Shown here in pieces: positions 34,969-47,625 of a stretch of DNA of 64,000 nucleotides. The stretch is from Oikopleura dioica (lineage: Eukaryota; Animalia; Chordata). Location: positions 1,612,001 to 1,676,000 of the forward strand of contig OU015569.1 of the NCBI GenBank assembly GCA_907165135.1, read 5' to 3'. The stretch's first letter is position 1. Each line of letters starts with the position of its first letter. The position numbers and the translations under genes are program-made. Below the pieces are notes generated by a model. The model was given only the letters and a program-made list of their open reading frames with translations, did no database searches and was not told the DNA's origin.

Positions 34969-36785
34969 ATGAAAGATAAAAGCGAAAACTGCGAAGAGTA
35001 TGAAGAACAAAGTTCGGAGAAATCAGTAAGATTTATTTTCTCTAAAAAGAATAAAGAAGGCGTAGATTGTTCCGCTGCGGCGATACCAGATTGTAGTTCT
35101 GTGCTTATGTTGCTACATCAACTTTATCTCAAACATGTCCTTCACGATTCTAGCGTCGTTTTTCGACGACAACGCGACCAAACACGGCCTGACAAAGACA
35201 GAAGTCGGCTTTATTGTCGCCATCTACGCGGGAATAGCTACGGTCGGCTGTCCAATCTTCGGAATTTTTCTTGCGCAAATTGGCAAAAAGTTCACGCTCA
35301 TAGCAGGTTTGCATAACAACTAACTTTTCTTCTCAGTTGATAAAATAAAAATAAATAACTCCAGATTATGAAATTAGAGTAAATATTCGAATACTTCTAG
35401 GGCTGACATGCGCCGCCGTTTGCGCGGGGTTATTCGCTTTTCTTGACGATATCGAGGATCCGTCCACCTATCTTTGGATTGGTATTCTTCTACGCGGCGT
35501 CCAAGCAGTTGGGGTTTCGGCATACTTCACCGCCACTTATGCTTTACTTGTCGAAGAGTGGCGCGGTTCTCGACTCTCACTCGCACTTGGCGTTTATGAG
35601 GCCTTCACTGGTCTGGGCATGATTTTGGGGCCTATTACAGGCTCTATTTTGTACAGGCAAGATTTGGACAAGTTTAAACGCCCGTAAAAGCTATTCTCTA
35701 GTGTTGGCGGATATCGGCTGCCTTTTTTGGTCGTCTGTGGAATGCTCCTTCTCGCAGCAATAATCAACCTAGCCGCACTGGAAAACAAAGACGTTTTTGG
35801 ACAAATTGGAGCCGACGAAGACGAAGCACTCCTTGGCAACGAAACGATTTCGACCAAAGATGGAATAAAGACACTTCTCTCCAGCGGACTTTTTCTCATT
35901 CCAAATCTCTTGATGATTCCCGTCTGGTCTTGCATGGATTTCGCCATTCCCTTCGTGGGCACTTATTTAGAAGAGTGCGAGCCTGGTAATGTGTTTGAGT
36001 GAACATCTAAATTCTATAATTCGACTAAAAGGAACGACTAAGATCCAAGTGGGTTTGCTCTTTGTGGTCTTTGCAGTTGCGTACATGCTCACTTCGCCAC
36101 TTTGGGGATTCTTGTGCGGCCAATTTCCCGTCTCCCGCTCCCTCATGTTCTGGGGTTCCTTTCTCGCTGCCTTGAGCTACTTTTTTCTCGGCCCAAGCCC
36201 GTGGCTTCAGAACATTGGTCTGTACTACTCCTGCTCCTTCACGAGAATAGCGCTTGTAATGGCCGTTCTTGGCCTCAGTTTGGCCGCGGCTATCATTCCA
36301 AGCTGTAACGAAATGGTCGAAGTCGCGCGAGCAGAAGGAGTAGAAGAACAAAGTAATCACTAGAAGTAAAAACTCTGCACTCATCATTCGTTTTAGCTTC
36401 TGATTTTATCGGAGGGCTGATAAATTCGCTCATTTTTCTCGGTGAATTTGTCGGACCAACTTTCGGTGGCTATATGCTCGACTATGCTCACGGAGACTTT
36501 CCCGTTGGCTGCTCTTTTTTCTCGATCGTTTGCATGGTCATCGTTTTTCTCTGTAAGTAAAAAATGTGTCGCTCAACGAAAGGGTTTTTTTAAGGTGGAG
36601 TTTGGTGGATCGGACTTTTGATGAAGCGAAAATGGAAGCAGAAGAAAGAATCCGCTGCCGAAAGAGATATCAGAAATATCAGAAATACTGAAGAACGATA
36701 CAGTAGAAGAATACGAAGACGGATCCACTCACAACATTATGTTAGAGACCTAAGGAGTTTTCGCCATTTATTTTCCCGTTTTTAG
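34969..36785 (+). CDS. SLC18B1: MFS transporter, SLC18B1-like
   Basis: MSFTILASFF; GIFLAQIGKKF; LLRGVQAVGVSAYFTATYALL; GLGMILGPITG/GGYRLPF; FLGPSP; GEFVGPTFGG. Confidence 0.8.
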
Positions 36786-37276
36786 CAAATTTCGACCGGG
36801 CCCAAATCCTTGACAGAATCTCTTGGAAGCTCTCTTCGGATCCCCATGCATTGTCACGAGCCAAGGACCTCAGAACAAGTGTCGAGTGACGAGTTCCCGA
36901 TTTGAAATGTGAACCGTTCGTGCTTTTGATGATAAGCTCTTCTCGTTTTTTTTCTAAATAACTAAATAAAAGTCAATTGCTTATTCTTTGTATTGGCTAT
37001 TTTCCTTTTGATCTTTGTTGAATCGGAATTTGACGCTTACGCGGGACTGGATTAAGTGCAGTCCCGACATCCGACGATTTGGAAAGGAGATGACGAGGGG
37101 AAGGTACTCACCGCGCTCCACCAGATACTTATCGCCAGGTACCAAATATTTCAAACGAATACCTTTTCCTAACGTGTGTTTCCTCCTTCCTAGACAACGT
37201 AACACTTTCGGCTAATAACTGTCAACTCATTCCTCAGCATTCTTTCACGGCACTGTTCACGCAGAACAGTACAAAT

Positions 37277-37513
37277 CTGGGCTCGGCAACCTGAGTAGAA
37301 ATGAGTCAGGGTTTAAAAATCAAAAATGAAAAGCCGCGTAGCGGCTTTTTTAAAAACGAAGCCGCAAAGCGGCTTCGCCAGAAGTTAAAAATAAGATTGA
37401 AGAATAATATTGCGAAGCCACTTCGCGGCTTCGTTTTTAAAAAAGCCGCTACGCGGCTTTTCATTTTTGATTTTTAAACCCTGACTCATTTCTACTCAGG
37501 TTACCGAGCCCAG
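37277..37513. mobile_element. hAT-type MITE family 2
   Basis: TIR CTGGGCTCGGCAACCTG; perfect 8-bp TSD GTACAAAT; near-palindromic interior. Confidence 0.92.
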
Positions 37514-39835
37514 GTACAAATTCCTCGATGGTACCGATTTCATGCTCTCATTATGGTATCATTATGAGAGCATGAAGTTTTCTCATAGCATAACAACTTG
37601 CCAATCGATGACCTTCTTTGATTGAATCAATCAGCACAGGTGCAAGAGCTGATTATAGTTCGATCTTTTGATGGTATGCTCTCTACTGTCATCGTTTTGT
37701 TACTATAAATGTGTTTGAAAATGCAAATAAGTATTAATTTTAAAATGAACCTGTTCCCGTAAATAGGCTTGCAGCACAAATGTCTTGCTGATTTTTTTCT
37801 TTCTAAATAAGTTTATTCATCGCTGTTAAAATGACTTATCAACAAATTCTACTCCTTCACAATCAAATGCTAGATCCAATAAAATATGTTTTCTTCTGAC
37901 AAGTTATCTAGTGCTATCCTCAAAAGAACACGCCTGTTATAAAAAAATGCCGTGTTCATTTTTGAAGGAGTTCCTTTCGCATTGAGTTATTTGCTTGCAC
38001 AAGTAAGCTAGTTGATGACGACAAATTAAGCCGCTGCAACGCACTTCTGGAATTTACATTCGCACTGGAAGCACTTCGTATAAGTCGAATCAGGGCAAGA
38101 GGATTGTGACTTTTTTGAGGTTTAGATGTCGCTCAAAAAATATTCCTCAGCAGACATTTGCTTCTTTGAATTTTAGTGTTGAATGCTAACGTGTCGCAAA
38201 TACGGACATTTTACCGTTACTGAGTGTGCAAGGGCTGGCTGATCCGGTAGTTGGCGATTATCCGAAAATTGACTCGATCGCGGCACTTTCTGATTGCGCC
38301 TTGAAAAGGATCAAGGACACGTTGTACTTGGAGACTCCTTGATACTAGAAGGTCTTTCGCGAAAGTCGCTACACAAAGGTTTTTCCGAAAAAGAAAATTT
38401 AGATGAACGATCTAATGACTAGGCAAAGGCGGTCGATTTTTCTAATGACTTGAAGACGCGTTGGAAATGACCAATTTGAGATTGGGACTTTCTCATGGCT
38501 CGCTCTTTCTAAGGGCTTCCTATGATCGTTAAGGACTCCATCTGGACTTGAAACGTTCATTAAATGACGAGTTCCTCCGCTTAATATCTTTCTCCGTGCG
38601 ACAAAATGACAATCGAAGGAAAAATTGAAGAATAAGAGGGCTAGGGCAAAGGCCTTATGAAAATTATAATGTAACATCTGTTTGAAGCCGTTGAATAGGC
38701 AAGAATTCCACGAATTTATTCACAGATTGCCTCATTTCAGCTGCTTCAGAACTGGTTCGAACGAGAGATTTTATCTCTCTGCTGGCATCATTCAGAGGCT
38801 ATAAATGGGACCGAAAGCGTAGGAAGGAGACATTTTAAAATGAATCAATTAAAAAAGTAGCTCAAGCGCCAAATACAGTAGCTTTCCATTTTCGAAAAAT
38901 AAATAAAATGATATCATTTTAATTTCGATTTCTGTGATTCGTAACTATTCTGTAATAAAGATAACTCAAGAAAATTCAATCGAAAATTATTTTATACTCA
39001 AACTCTTAAAAAACAATTTTACCATATTAATTGAAACTAAGATTTTCAAAAAAAAATCTAGCCTGATCTCTGCGTCCTTTTCTAACATAGCGAAGAGGGG
39101 ATTAATCAGCTGGAGAATTCTTGTGTTTGGAACACCTCGAAGAAATTTTAATTCGCGCCTTGTGGAGTTGCCGATTAGCTATCTAAGTAAAACATTGTCC
39201 CCGTGGTGTAACTAACGCAAACGTTGGTTTGGGTGAACAGTTTTAGAAAGTAAGAAAGAGAGAAAAAACGATGATGAATTAATTTTGAAAAGAACGGCTA
39301 AAAATTGCCATCAACCAGTTAATTATTTCTGTCAACAAAAAAAAAGTTACATAAGAAAAAGCTTTTCAAATCTTGAAAATGTTATCACAAAGAAAAGTTG
39401 TGCAAAGGCGGCGCGTATCGGCGCGGATTACTTTTAAAATTCTTGTGCATTTCACGTTTGATATGCAGCGCAGCGGATTTGAATGAGCGTCGAGCAGAAA
39501 AAGCAGCGCCGGGGTCAGCACTAATATTTTCGTTTCGCAGGGGTTGAACGCCAATTTGCTAAACAGGCATCAGACCCAGTTTACATAATTTAATTCCAGG
39601 CACGCAGCGGCCAGTTCCACTCGCAAATAGCTACGCTCGGACTGAGCACAGCCGTATTACTTTTCGATTGTTCGTCTAAGAAGTTCTTCCCGCAGAGGTT
39701 CAACCACTTTCCAACCTTTCGACGTGTTTTACTGATCAAGTTTCTATCGGCACTAGAATTGTGCAGCACCTAAATAAGTTTTAACGAAAAGCGGTTTTTT
39801 TTATAACGAAGCCGCGAAACTAATATTACCTTGAT

Positions 39836-40077
39836 TGGGCGACCTGTTCAAAAAGCATGAGCCAGAGTCAGAAAAATAGTTAATGAAAAGCCGCGTAGCG
39901 GCTTTTCTAGAAACGAAGCCGCGAAGCGGCTTCTCCGGAGTTTTTCCAAATCATGTTGGAAAATCATTTTTTTGAAGCCGCGAAGCGGCTTTGTTTCTAA
40001 AAAAGCCGCTACGCGGCTTTTCATTAACTATTTTTCGGACCCTAACTCAGGTTTTCTACACAGTTTGTCGAGCCTTG
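39836..40077. mobile_element. Decayed MITE family 2 copy
   Basis: AAAAGCCGCGTAGCGGCTTTT and GAAGCCGCGAAGCGGCTT hairpins with degenerate ends. Confidence 0.75.
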
Positions 40078-40365
40078 TATTTTGCATATCATCGAAATTC
40101 GATTCAAATGATCTAATAATTGCGTTATGAAAAACAAGATAAGTTCTTTTAGCGGCGCAAAAGCCAACGTGCTGCAGAGGGTGTCAGCTGGAAGATTAAA
40201 GTGTATAAATTTACACTCGCTAAGAGTCCACTAATGAGCTTTTAGTTGAAAAATTCGAAATTGAACCCAACTTCGCTAAAGCGGGCTATTATTTTTGCTC
40301 TGATCCGATTAATTCGACTTTTCTGGGTACAGTTAGCCAACTGCTTCGCGCTTCAGCATGAGCGC

Positions 40366-40750
40366 CAGAGTTGCAAATTTTGGTTTATTTTTGCTGAGCT
40401 GCCGTTTTTCAGAGGTCATTGAGCTGAGCTGAGCAGACCTATTTTTTAGGAAGTTGAGCTGAGCTGTGCTGGGTGAGCTGAGCTGAGCTGAGCTGTTTTT
40501 ACTGTATTTTTAGTAGTAAAATTGTGTTAAAATCATTGAGCTAAGCTGAGTAATACTTGTCTGAGCTGAGCTGAGCAGAACTGATCATGTTCGAAAATTA
40601 TTGAGCTGAGCTGAGCTGAGCTGAGTGATAATTGTCTGAGCTGAGCTGAGATGAGCAGATATGATCATTTTCGAAAATCACTGAGCTGAGCTGACTGCTC
40701 AGCTCACTCAGCCAGCTCAGCTCACTCAGCTCAACAAATTTGCAACTCTG
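40366..40750. mobile_element. hAT-type MITE family 1
   Basis: TIR CAGAGTTGCAAATTT / AAATTTGCAACTCTG; perfect 8-bp TSD ATGAGCGC. Confidence 0.93.
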
Positions 40751-41166
40751 ATGAGCGCAGACTCTTGGTAAGGTTGAAGAGGATTTCGGAGAAAAACGTG
40801 AATATTACGGGAAATCTAAAGAGTGCTTGAAAAGTCCTGAAGAGCAGCCTTTCAATCAATCTGACGGGGGATTCTTTCTTGTTTCCGTTCTTTATGAGAT
40901 TGAGACATCCTTGAGACTAATAGGGTATTCAAAATTCGGAGGAAACATAGGATAAAAGAAGCGTTTATACAAAGCTTGTAACTGAGGCGTAAAAACAATT
41001 ATTTACTTTAAAGAATAGTATGTTTTCTTTTGAAAGAAAGAATAATTTTGTTTGTCTTGGTCAATCTCTTTTACCCCGTCTTTTATTTAGCCATAAATAC
41101 GAAAGCAGAGAATAAGCCAACATTTAAAGATTTTCAGACATTTTTTTTAATATCCGGGTTGGGACA

Positions 41167-42976
41167 ATGCGGACAACGAAACGATGGTCTCGCTTTGCCT
41201 GTTTCAGTCTGAAAACTTTCAGAAGAGAGAAAGCGCTGTGGATGAGTGTTTTTAAAGAAAAGAGAAGCTTTCTCTTGTGGCTTTCGTTTTTGGCGATCAT
41301 TACTTGCACAGCTTTGAATGAATTTTCTGTCGATCAAAAGAGCCTTTTGAAATTTTCTAAAAGCATAAGCACCCCGACAAATAAGGAAAAAAGCTCAACT
41401 ACTGAATGTCGATCATGATTTTGTTTGAATAAATTAGAGCTTTAAAAGTTCTACTCAAATGTACTACCAGCAGAAAGTTATTACGGCCTGAGTTGCGAGG
41501 CGATCATTAACTCTTCTTTATCGGACGCGGAATTGGAGAAATTACAGCAAAGAATACAAAATACGAAGCAAGAAGACAGAGAAGAGTTCTTCGCGACGCT
41601 GTCAGAGTCGAACTTAACAAGCTGGATCGAAAACGAGCGGTGCGACTCCTTCATCAAAAAACGCAAGTACATCACGGCTCCATTGAGCGATCGCGAGGCA
41701 GAGTTCCCCATTGCATATGCAATCGTGGCGTACGAAAAAGCGGGCGAAGTCGAGGTCAGTTCTTTTTAGCTAATATTTTTCAGCTTTATTTCTGCTTTCA
41801 GCGTCTTTTGCGCTCTATCTATCGCCCGCAGAATGTCTACTGCATCCACGCGGATAAGAAATCAGACAATACATTTTACCAAGCTCTGGTAAGGCTAGCC
41901 AGTTGTTTTCCGAATGTGATTCTAGCGTCGAAAAGAGAAACAGTGACTTACGCTCATTATTCAAGGATAGGTTCGAATTCCTAAGCTCAGGAGACTTTGG
42001 CTGATGTTCTTAACCCTTCGTAGACTGCAGGCAGATTTTAACTGCATGGAAGATCTGTTGAATCATCCCATCAAATGGAAATATTACATCAACTTGTGCG
42101 GAACGGACTTTCCCCTGAAAACGAACGCAGAAATTGTCCGCTATTTGTCGTACATCTCGCCGCACAACGAGATCGAATGCGTCCCCATGAGTCCTGGAAA
42201 AGTAGCCAGGCTGACCTGGCATTATCAGCTGGAGAAAGGGGAAAATGGGAAATATAATGTTGTTAACACAAGAGAGGAAAATCCACCGCCACCTCGTAAG
42301 TTGTCAGAAATTCTGGAAATTCTGTTGAATTAATGATTTTTTAAAGACGGAATCGGAAAATACGCAGGCTCAGCGTACAACATTCTCTCCCGCGCCTTCG
42401 TCGACTACACGATGAACAACTCAACGGTGTTCGAGATTCGCCAGTGGAGCCGGGATACGCTCACGCCAGACGAGTTCCTCTGGGCAGCGCTCAGCAGATT
42501 TCCAGGAGCGCCGGGCTATCTTCCGCCAAATCCGCGATACGACAAGAATGAATTCCAGGTTCTCTTTTTTCCTCCCTTTGGTTTACGAAAAACGTGGTTC
42601 AGAGTCTCGCAAGAATCGTAAAATGGTACGACCACGTTCTCAATGGGCTCTATCCTAGATGTTACGGAGCGTATCGCCATGGAATTTGTGTCTATGGGGC
42701 CGGCGACTTACCATGGGTACTTTTCTAATTGATAATTTGATCTCGTTAAAACTTTGTCATAATGCCCTTGTTGAGCCAAATAATTGGACATAGTGGGAAA
42801 CACTAATAGAACAAGAAACACGGCAATTAAAACGTGTCGTTAATTAACGAAATTTCGTGTAGCTACTCGAACAGAAGCACCTCTTTGCGAACAAGTTCAG
42901 CGCGTGGAACGACGATTTGGCCATCCAGTGCTTGGAAAAACACCTGAGGAGAAAGGAGCTTTCCGAAAAGTTTTAA
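41167..42976 (+). CDS. GCNT: Core-2/I-branching beta-1,6-N-acetylglucosaminyltransferase (GT14, GCNT family), copy A
   Basis: FPIAYAIVAY; LLRSIYRPQNVYCIHADKKS; LQADFNCMEDLL; WKYYINLCGTDFPLKTNAEIV; TPDEFLWA; CVYGAGDLPW; HLFANKF. Confidence 0.92.
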
Positions 42977-43041
42977 AGCCTTTTGGATTATTCAGATTAG
43001 ACTATTTTTGAATTATTTCGGCGGTACTAACTATTGGTGAC

Positions 43042-43498
43042 CAGAGTTGCAAATTTTGCTTTATTTTCGCTGAGCTGAGCTGACCTGCGTGAAAAATTCA
43101 CTGAGCTGAGCTGAGCTGAGCTGAGCTGGCCTATTTCGGAGCTCACCGAGCTGAGCTGAGCAGCCATTTTTCAGAGGTCATTGAGCTGAGCTAATTAGAC
43201 CTCTAATTAGAGCTGAGCTGAGCTGGGTGAGCTAAACTGAGCTGTTTTTTACTGTATTTTTAGTAGTAAAAATGTGTTAATATCATCGAGCTGAGCTGAG
43301 TGATACTTGTCTGAGCTGAGCTGAGCGGAACTGATCATGCTCGAAAATAATTGAGCTGAGCTGAGCTGAGCTGAGTGATAATTGTCTTAGCTGAGCTGGG
43401 CTGAGCTGAGCAGATCAGATCATTTTTGAAAATCACTGAGCTGAGCTGAGCGACTGCAGCCAGTTCAGCTCACTCAGCTCAACAAATTTGCAACTCTG
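43042..43498. mobile_element. hAT-type MITE family 1
   Basis: Intact 15-bp TIRs; flanks TTGGTGAC / TTGGTCCC (6/8). Confidence 0.9.
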
Positions 43499-44459
43499 TT
43501 GGTCCCAAAAACAGTACCTGCTTATTATTATTTCTGTAAGAGCAAAAGTAAGTTGAATATATAACTATTTATATCACTGTGCAATAATAAATTGAATCTT
43601 GCCATTCAAAAACAGTCAATTTAAAGTTCCTTCTCAAAAGTTTTTATTGACTTTATAAAGTGTCACTTACACGTGAAAAGAAGAAACATTCCTACATTAT
43701 GAAATTTGCATATGAATGTTCTCAAATAAAACAAAGGCTGGAAAAACTCGCGGAAATTGGGAAATTACGAGATCATTAGGCAGAGAGGTCATTAGGTGTT
43801 TCTTTATAACTTTTACTGCTATCCCTCAGAGAAGATCTTTCGCAATAAGTAATTGCCAATAACCATCTCACGACGTAATCAAATCGAAAAACTATTAACC
43901 CAGCGTTTGACATAGAAGACTGACGGTTTTTCTGAAGAAGGCAAACAACTGAAACTGAACTAGAGTTTGCATATCGCCAATTTTTAATGAGAGATCAGGG
44001 GTTCGTCGTTACTATTAGCAAAAAGACTTTTTCGTTGTACTGCAGCATTCCTAGGGTAAGGGTTAGGGTTAGGAAAAACATAGTGTACTCAATTTTCACA
44101 AAACTTTTACTGTAGATGTAATTTTTTCCGCTGATTCCAAAAATGCCGAAATCATAATGAAACTCTAAGTTTCTGGTTATTTATAGCTGATAAGGTCGCT
44201 TGGTGGTAAGCTCTAGTACTTGGTTGGGTTAGAAAGTAATCTTTGACTGGAGTCGACTAATTCTTAGTAAACCGGTAGCTTACCTCTTCCGGGAACTTGG
44301 GTCAGAAAAAGAAACACTTGATTAATCACTATCATTAATTTTATGCTTTAAAGTCGAGCTGTTAAAACCACGATATGTGCTTTTCTCTGACCATAACAAT
44401 TAAAAATATCAGGTCTAACTTCAAGTGAACCCCTTTTGAGAGAAAATAGAAGAGAAAAG

Positions 44460-46674
44460 ATGAAAACATACGTCAAAGTTTTATTGATACTTCTGGCTAT
44501 TTTTCTTGTTGTCTTTGAAAATTTCGGTTTTCAACGAGTTAAAAGAGAGACAGTCTCGAGAATAAAATGGATTTCTGCGACGTTATCGCCGAAATTGTAT
44601 AATCAAACGCCAGCTAGGGCTCGAAATATATTTATTTTAGGTAGTGGGGGTTTATCGGTCGGGCCCTCTCTATTAGGGTTAGGGTTAGGGTTAGGGTTTA
44701 CCTAGCCCTAACCCTAACCCCAAGGTTTGCCAAGGGGGCTTTACCCTCCTGGACGCCCCCCCCTAACCCGACCGATAAATCCACTGCATTTTAAGATGTT
44801 AGCTGTTTATTTTTTTTTTCGCAGCCTGAATTTAAGCCGAATATTACTACAAAGTTTCGTGCAATCAAATCGCGAGCGAACGCAATTCCACTGAGCTTGA
44901 TAATCTCGAGCAAATAGTCCGGGAAACGTCAGATGATGAGAAAGACTGGATTCGACAGGTCATGCCGGACAGCGTGTTGACGGGAAAACGGGTTAAACAA
45001 AGTTATGCTTAGAAAGCGACGTTTAAATTGGTAGTAACTTTGACGGGTTGTAAATAACCGTTTGAAGAGAAAACTGAACGTGAGTGCAGCGCGTTTATTG
45101 ACGAACGGGGATACATCACTTCGCCACTGTCCGCGGAAGAAGAAAACTACCCGATTGCGTATTCGATTGTGGCCTACGAAAAGGCCGGAGAAGTCGAGGT
45201 TAGTTCTTCACGCATTTTTTCCATTTCTGCTGAATTTTTAAAATTTTCTTTCAGCGCCTTTTGCGCTCCATCTATCGCCCGCAGAATGTCTACTGCATCC
45301 ACGCGGATAAAAAATCAGAAAAGTCATTTTACGAAGCTTTGGAAGGCCTGGCCAGCTGTTTTCCGAATGTGATTTTAGCGTCGAAAAGAGAAACCGTCGT
45401 TTACGCGCATTATTCTAGGATAGGTTGCAATCGTTTATTGTATGAAGAGACGATTACACTTTCAGTCAGAGTTGCAAATTTGTTGAGCTGAGTGAGCTGA
45501 GCTGAGCGACAGTGATTTTCGAAAATGATCTGATCTGCTCAGCTCAGCTCAGACAATTATCACTCAGCTCAGCTCAGCTTAGCTCAATTATTTTCGAACA
45601 TGATCAGTTCTGCTCAGCTCAACTCAGCTCAGCTCATTGATTTTAACATAATTTTACTACTAAAAAAAGAGTAAAAAACAGCTCAGCTCAGCTCTTATTA
45701 GGGTCTGCTAAGCTCAGCTCAGCTCAATGAGCTCCGAAATAGGCCAGCTCAGCTCAGCTCAGCTCAGTGAGCTCCGAAATAGGCCAGCTCAGCTCAGCTC
45801 AGCTCAGCGAAAATAAAGCAAAATTTGCAACTCTGCTTGCAGTAAAATTTAGGATTTACAACCTTTCAAGACTGCAGGCAGATTTCAACTGCATGGAAGA
45901 TTTACTAAACTTCCCTGTCAACTGGAAATACCACATTAATTTATGCGGCACGGACTTTCCTCTGAAGACAAACGCAGAGATCGTCCGCTATTTGCAGTTC
46001 ATCGAGCCATCTAATGAAATTGAAAGCTGGCCGATGAGCAAGATGAAGAAAGACCGAATTGCATTCGCGCACAATCTGGTCGACGGGAGAAAACTCTATA
46101 TTTCAAAGAAAAAAGGAGACGCGAAATCGCCACCTCCGCGTAAGCCAAAAAATAGAGTTGAATATAAAAAAAGATACAATTTTCAAGATGAAGTTCCAGA
46201 GTTCGCAGGCTCCGCGTACAACATTCTATCACGTGCCTTCGTTGATTACGTCATGACTGACGAGAAAATACAGGATTTGAAAGAATGGTCGAAAGATGTG
46301 TTTTCCCCCGACGAGTTCTTCTGGGCTGCTTTAGGTCGCTTCCCACTGGCTCCCGGCAGCATTCCACCAACCGGAATTTTCAACAAGAATGAGTTTCAAT
46401 CCTTGGCGCGGCTGACAAAATGGCAAACGCACGTAAAAAATGGCCAGTATCCGAGATGCCATGGAGAGTACAGACACGATGTTTGCGTCTACGGAGCTGG
46501 AGACTTGTCTTGGGTAAGCAACAGCCGCAAAATGGAAATTGAAATTGCTTTTAGTTGCTGGAGCAGAAGCATCTCTTCGCGAATAAATTCAGCGCGTGGA
46601 CGGATGAATTAGCTCTTCAGTGCTTGGAAAAGATTCTTCGTGAAAGGGAAATCAAAAACAGCCAAGATGTTTGA
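44460..46674 (+). CDS. GCNT: Core-2/I-branching GlcNAc transferase (GT14, GCNT family), tandem copy B
   Basis: Type II signal anchor MKTYVKVLLILLAIFLVV; same motifs and intron positions as copy A; stop TGA at 46672-46674. Confidence 0.92.
44640..44788. mobile_element. Small inverted-repeat element carrying head-to-head telomeric repeats, in the first intron of GCNT copy B
   Basis: AGTGG..TTTATCGGTCGGG / CCCGACCGATAAATCCACT arms enclosing (TTAGGG)4 then (CCCTAA)2; TTTTA on both flanks. Confidence 0.7.
45467..45835. mobile_element. hAT-type MITE family 1 in a GCNT copy B intron
   Basis: Intact TIRs; flanks CTTTCAGT / CTTGCAGT (7/8). Confidence 0.92.
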
Positions 46675-47374
46675 CCATCCGATATCCTTAGCCCACGATA
46701 GTCGGTAAAACTTTGCTAGGTGGACCCTAGACTGCCCATTTCAAAAGCCTATCCTAAGTTTTATCGACAGTCTAACGGACGAGCTCTAGAATTTGATACT
46801 GTACCTTTCTTTCTAGGTTTATTATAGTTCAATTAAATAAATAACTCGAAATTAAAAGAGGAAACCCAACGTGAGAGAATTTTCAAATTGCTTCCGATGG
46901 CGAAATTAGGAGTGTCAAAAGCGACTACTGTATTTTGAAAAGGCGACTTTAAAAGGAAGTTGTTTCTGAGAAGTACCGGGGCAAGAGGATAGTTTGTGTT
47001 GTTTCTAAACGGGGCCAAGTGCAGCGGCCCAAAACGTGGCCTAATCTCGGAGAGTGATTCTTGAATCTCGACTGATAAGTAGAAAACGGGGCTTCTTGCA
47101 ATCTTGCGCGGCGCGGATTTGTGCAAGTACTCTAGCTCTGACAGATCGGACAAACACAAAGAAATTCGCCACTGATAGCCAAGGACAGAGCCCGACGCGC
47201 AGAAACAACAAAGTCCAGATGCTATCCCTTCACTTTTTTTTATATTTGAAAAGCGGCTGACACGATAGAACCTTATCGACTAAAGAATCCCAGCTCAGTC
47301 GGAAACAATCAAACAAACATCACCAAGATAAAATTAAATACGAATGTTAAACTAACCTTTTTTGCCTGTGAAGA

Positions 47375-47625
47375 AACCCTGAGTAAGGATCTGGAAGATC
47401 TCTTTTAAATGAAGCGAAAATTTTCTTTCGAATTCTGGCGAAGCCGCTATGCGGCTTCGTTTAAGAAAAAGCCGCTACGCGGCTTTTCGTTGGGAGACAC
47501 TGACGCCGGCCCCCTGGGGGGCGGGGCGGCCCAGAGCGGCCGTGGGCGGCTGGCGTCAGTGTCCCCGTTTTCGTTAGAGATCTTTTAGACCCTGACTCAG
47601 GTTTTCTACACAGGATATCGAACTC
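47375..47625. mobile_element. Decayed MITE family 2 copy with a nested insertion
   Basis: Family 2 hairpins and the CCCTGACTCAGGTTTTCTACACAGG end. Confidence 0.75.
47492..47566. mobile_element. 75-bp GC-rich mini-element, Mutator-like by TSD length
   Basis: GGGAGACACTGACGCC / GGCGTCAGTGTCCCC ends; 9-bp flanks CTTTTCGTT / GTTTTCGTT. Confidence 0.7.

Noticed and set aside
36790-39780. Possible minus-strand gene or decayed element
   Set aside because: Open segments exist, but I could not join them in frame or recognise a domain.
44673-44722. True telomere or chromosome fusion site
   Set aside because: Only a few repeats, enclosed by element arms inside an intron.
25203-45835. GAGCT arrays as CRISPR or coding repeats (ORFs rich in AQLSS)
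   Set aside because: There are no unique spacers or cas genes; the arrays lie inside TIR/TSD-bounded MITEs, so the ORFs are by-products.
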